From Tubiluchus corallicola (taxonomy: Eukaryota; Animalia; Priapulida): a stretch of DNA of 64,000 nucleotides. The notes beneath the pieces were generated by a model that saw only the letters and a list, made by a program, of their open reading frames with translations, had not been told where the DNA came from and searched no databases. The translations under genes and the position numbers were made by a program. The DNA lies in contig JAQGDQ010000243.1 in assembly GCA_030141605.1 (NCBI GenBank), positions 124,001 through 188,000 of the forward strand, in the 5' to 3' direction. Numbering within the stretch: the first letter of the stretch is position 1; every line of letters starts with the position of its first letter. Below are positions 62,901 through 64,000 of this stretch, in pieces.

Positions 62901-63056
62901 TTCATTTCTCTCAAGCTGAAACTATGGAAAGTGAGGTTTACATTTTCTGTTAATTTTTTCAGATCCTCACCCAACAGGAAATATGATGCTTCACGCCTCT
63001 AGTAGTCTAACACACACCAACTTGGCTAATCGAGATCCCATCCTTGGACTCAGAGT
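56220..63056 (+). CDS. Uncharacterised spliced gene, 3' partial; exons 56220-56316, 56792-56868, 60462-60552, 62963-63056; true start uncertain
   Basis: Four exons with good GT donors (gtaagt, gtaggt, gtaaga, gtaagt), polypyrimidine acceptors and matching phases (1,0,1,2) give one open frame: MHRKTQEQQAFQEPTQRRLINPNRGPMTLQHDLTPKDLLARRKSVDDLPGTAADHKYKGEINEFMLNAKSNGLKGLAHTEFVNPFRKRDPHPTGNMMLHASSSLTHTNLANRDPILGLRV. No family recognised. Confidence 0.62.
57430..57495 (+). mobile_element. Degenerate tRNA-derived SINE head
   Basis: gtggtctaat...gcgtttgctttgtaa...cctggttcgatacc; resembles the plus-strand unit at 51824-51896. Confidence 0.45.
58372..58910 (-). mobile_element. MITE with subterminal tcaaatgtagac repeats, copy 2 (inverted relative to copy 1, internally deleted)
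   Basis: ctataggttttacacgtcaaat...atttgacgtgtaaaacctatag; the body is the reverse complement of about 52835-53250. Confidence 0.8.
59315..59560. repeat. (TTTA)n/(TTCA)n microsatellite
   Basis: Direct reading. Confidence 0.95.
59608..60028 (+). repeat. Local duplication copy 1, including a (GAC)n(GAT)n tract
   Basis: Near-identical to 61162-61532. Confidence 0.85.
61162..61532 (+). repeat. Local duplication copy 2, including a (GAC)n(GAT)n tract
   Basis: gatttggcagcaggaggaaacaac...gccctgtaaggtga...gaggacgagacgacaac matches 59608-60028. Confidence 0.85.
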
Positions 63057-63094
63057 GTAAGTAACATGACTAATATCGTAAGAAATTAGTTGAT

Positions 63095-63700
63095 TATATA
63101 TATATACAATCTTTATTTGCCATTAAAATACATTGATAATCACTGATAAAAACTTTACAGATATGATCAATCAGTGTTAGTTAATAAAAACTTGCACTGC
63201 TAAAGGCAAATGCGTTAGTGCAATCTAAACTACTGTGCAGTAATAGAAAGTAACGACGAATAAAATCAAACATATTTACAACTATGCACAAAAAAATGAA
63301 AAAAACAATTATTTAATTAATATGGTCGTGGATATAGGAACTCTGAATTAGTGTGTATGTTGTTGTACTGGTGTGATGGTATTTCATATCTTGTTAATAT
63401 TAGTTATTTTAATTTTGTTTTAAATGCTGATAGGGACTTGATTTGCTTAACCTGTAATGGTAGAGAATTCCAAAGTAGAATTTTACTACAACTGTCAACT
63501 GCATTATTTTGTATTGTGCTGAATTGCGGCATATTGCATTACTGATTACTGTTACCATATCATAGTATATGGTTCACACTTCACTGTAAGAATCTTGATA
63601 GTTAAAGTGATAGTTAACCAAGCAAAAATGAATGAACGAATGTAAAAGCATTTATTATGGCTTTTTAATTATCTATGTTATGCGCAGTAGAAATTTAATT
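63095..63700 (-). mobile_element. CR1/L2-type LINE 3' fragment with (TA)n tail
   Basis: Minus-strand KILLWNSLPLQVKQIKSLSAFKTKLK is the typical ORF2 C-terminus. The terminal 33 bp (aatctttatttgccattaaaatacattgataat) recurs at about 50242-50274. Confidence 0.7.
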
Positions 63701-64000
63701 TAGTATTTAGTTTGTTTTAACCTGTTAAAGTTACAGTTTAATTTAGTGTGGGGTTTAATTTCCCGATAACGTATATCTTACTCGCACTGAAAGGAATTTT
63801 AGTTTGTTCTCATTTTAAATCTCCCGCAATGCTGTTCCGAAGTCGCCATTACATGACGTCATGTACCAAACATAAATCAAGGGAAGAAAAGGCAATGTTA
63901 AATTATGTCTCAAAAGACTTCCGTGCAAATCTATATTACTTGGATTTTCGCTTACATGCTAGAAAGACTTATGTAACTAGAAAAAAATTAATTATTTAAA

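Overview
AT-rich animal genomic DNA, probably from an invertebrate. It has spliceosomal GT-AG introns and many SINE, LINE and MITE relics; there is no prokaryotic or CRISPR content. Four genes can be read. (1) A minus-strand giant coding exon runs from 9994 off the left edge. It is open for at least 3328 codons and is absent from the supplied ORF track, consistent with having no stop in the window. It encodes about 15 C2H2-type zinc fingers, two DHxY HCF-1-type motifs, about 5 divergent pipsqueak-like HTH repeats and long acidic linkers. (2) A complete 10-exon cystinosin gene (CTNS, 27447-46051, +, 388 aa) has a CLEAR-like E-box just upstream and is probably head-to-head with gene 1. (3) An LRRC14/PRAME-family LRR gene has its CDS in a single exon (48654-50111, -). 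(4) An unidentified plus-strand spliced gene has at least 4 phase-compatible exons (56220-63056, continuing out of the window) and a complex 5' region. Introns hold RTE and CR1/L2-type LINE fragments, tRNA- and 5S-derived SINEs, hAT-, piggyBac- and Kolobok-like MITEs, a near-perfect 108-bp-arm foldback with TGT..ACA ends and a 5-bp TSD, a palindromic twin-tRNA element, minisatellites and microsatellites. All calls come from manual reading; no searches were run.
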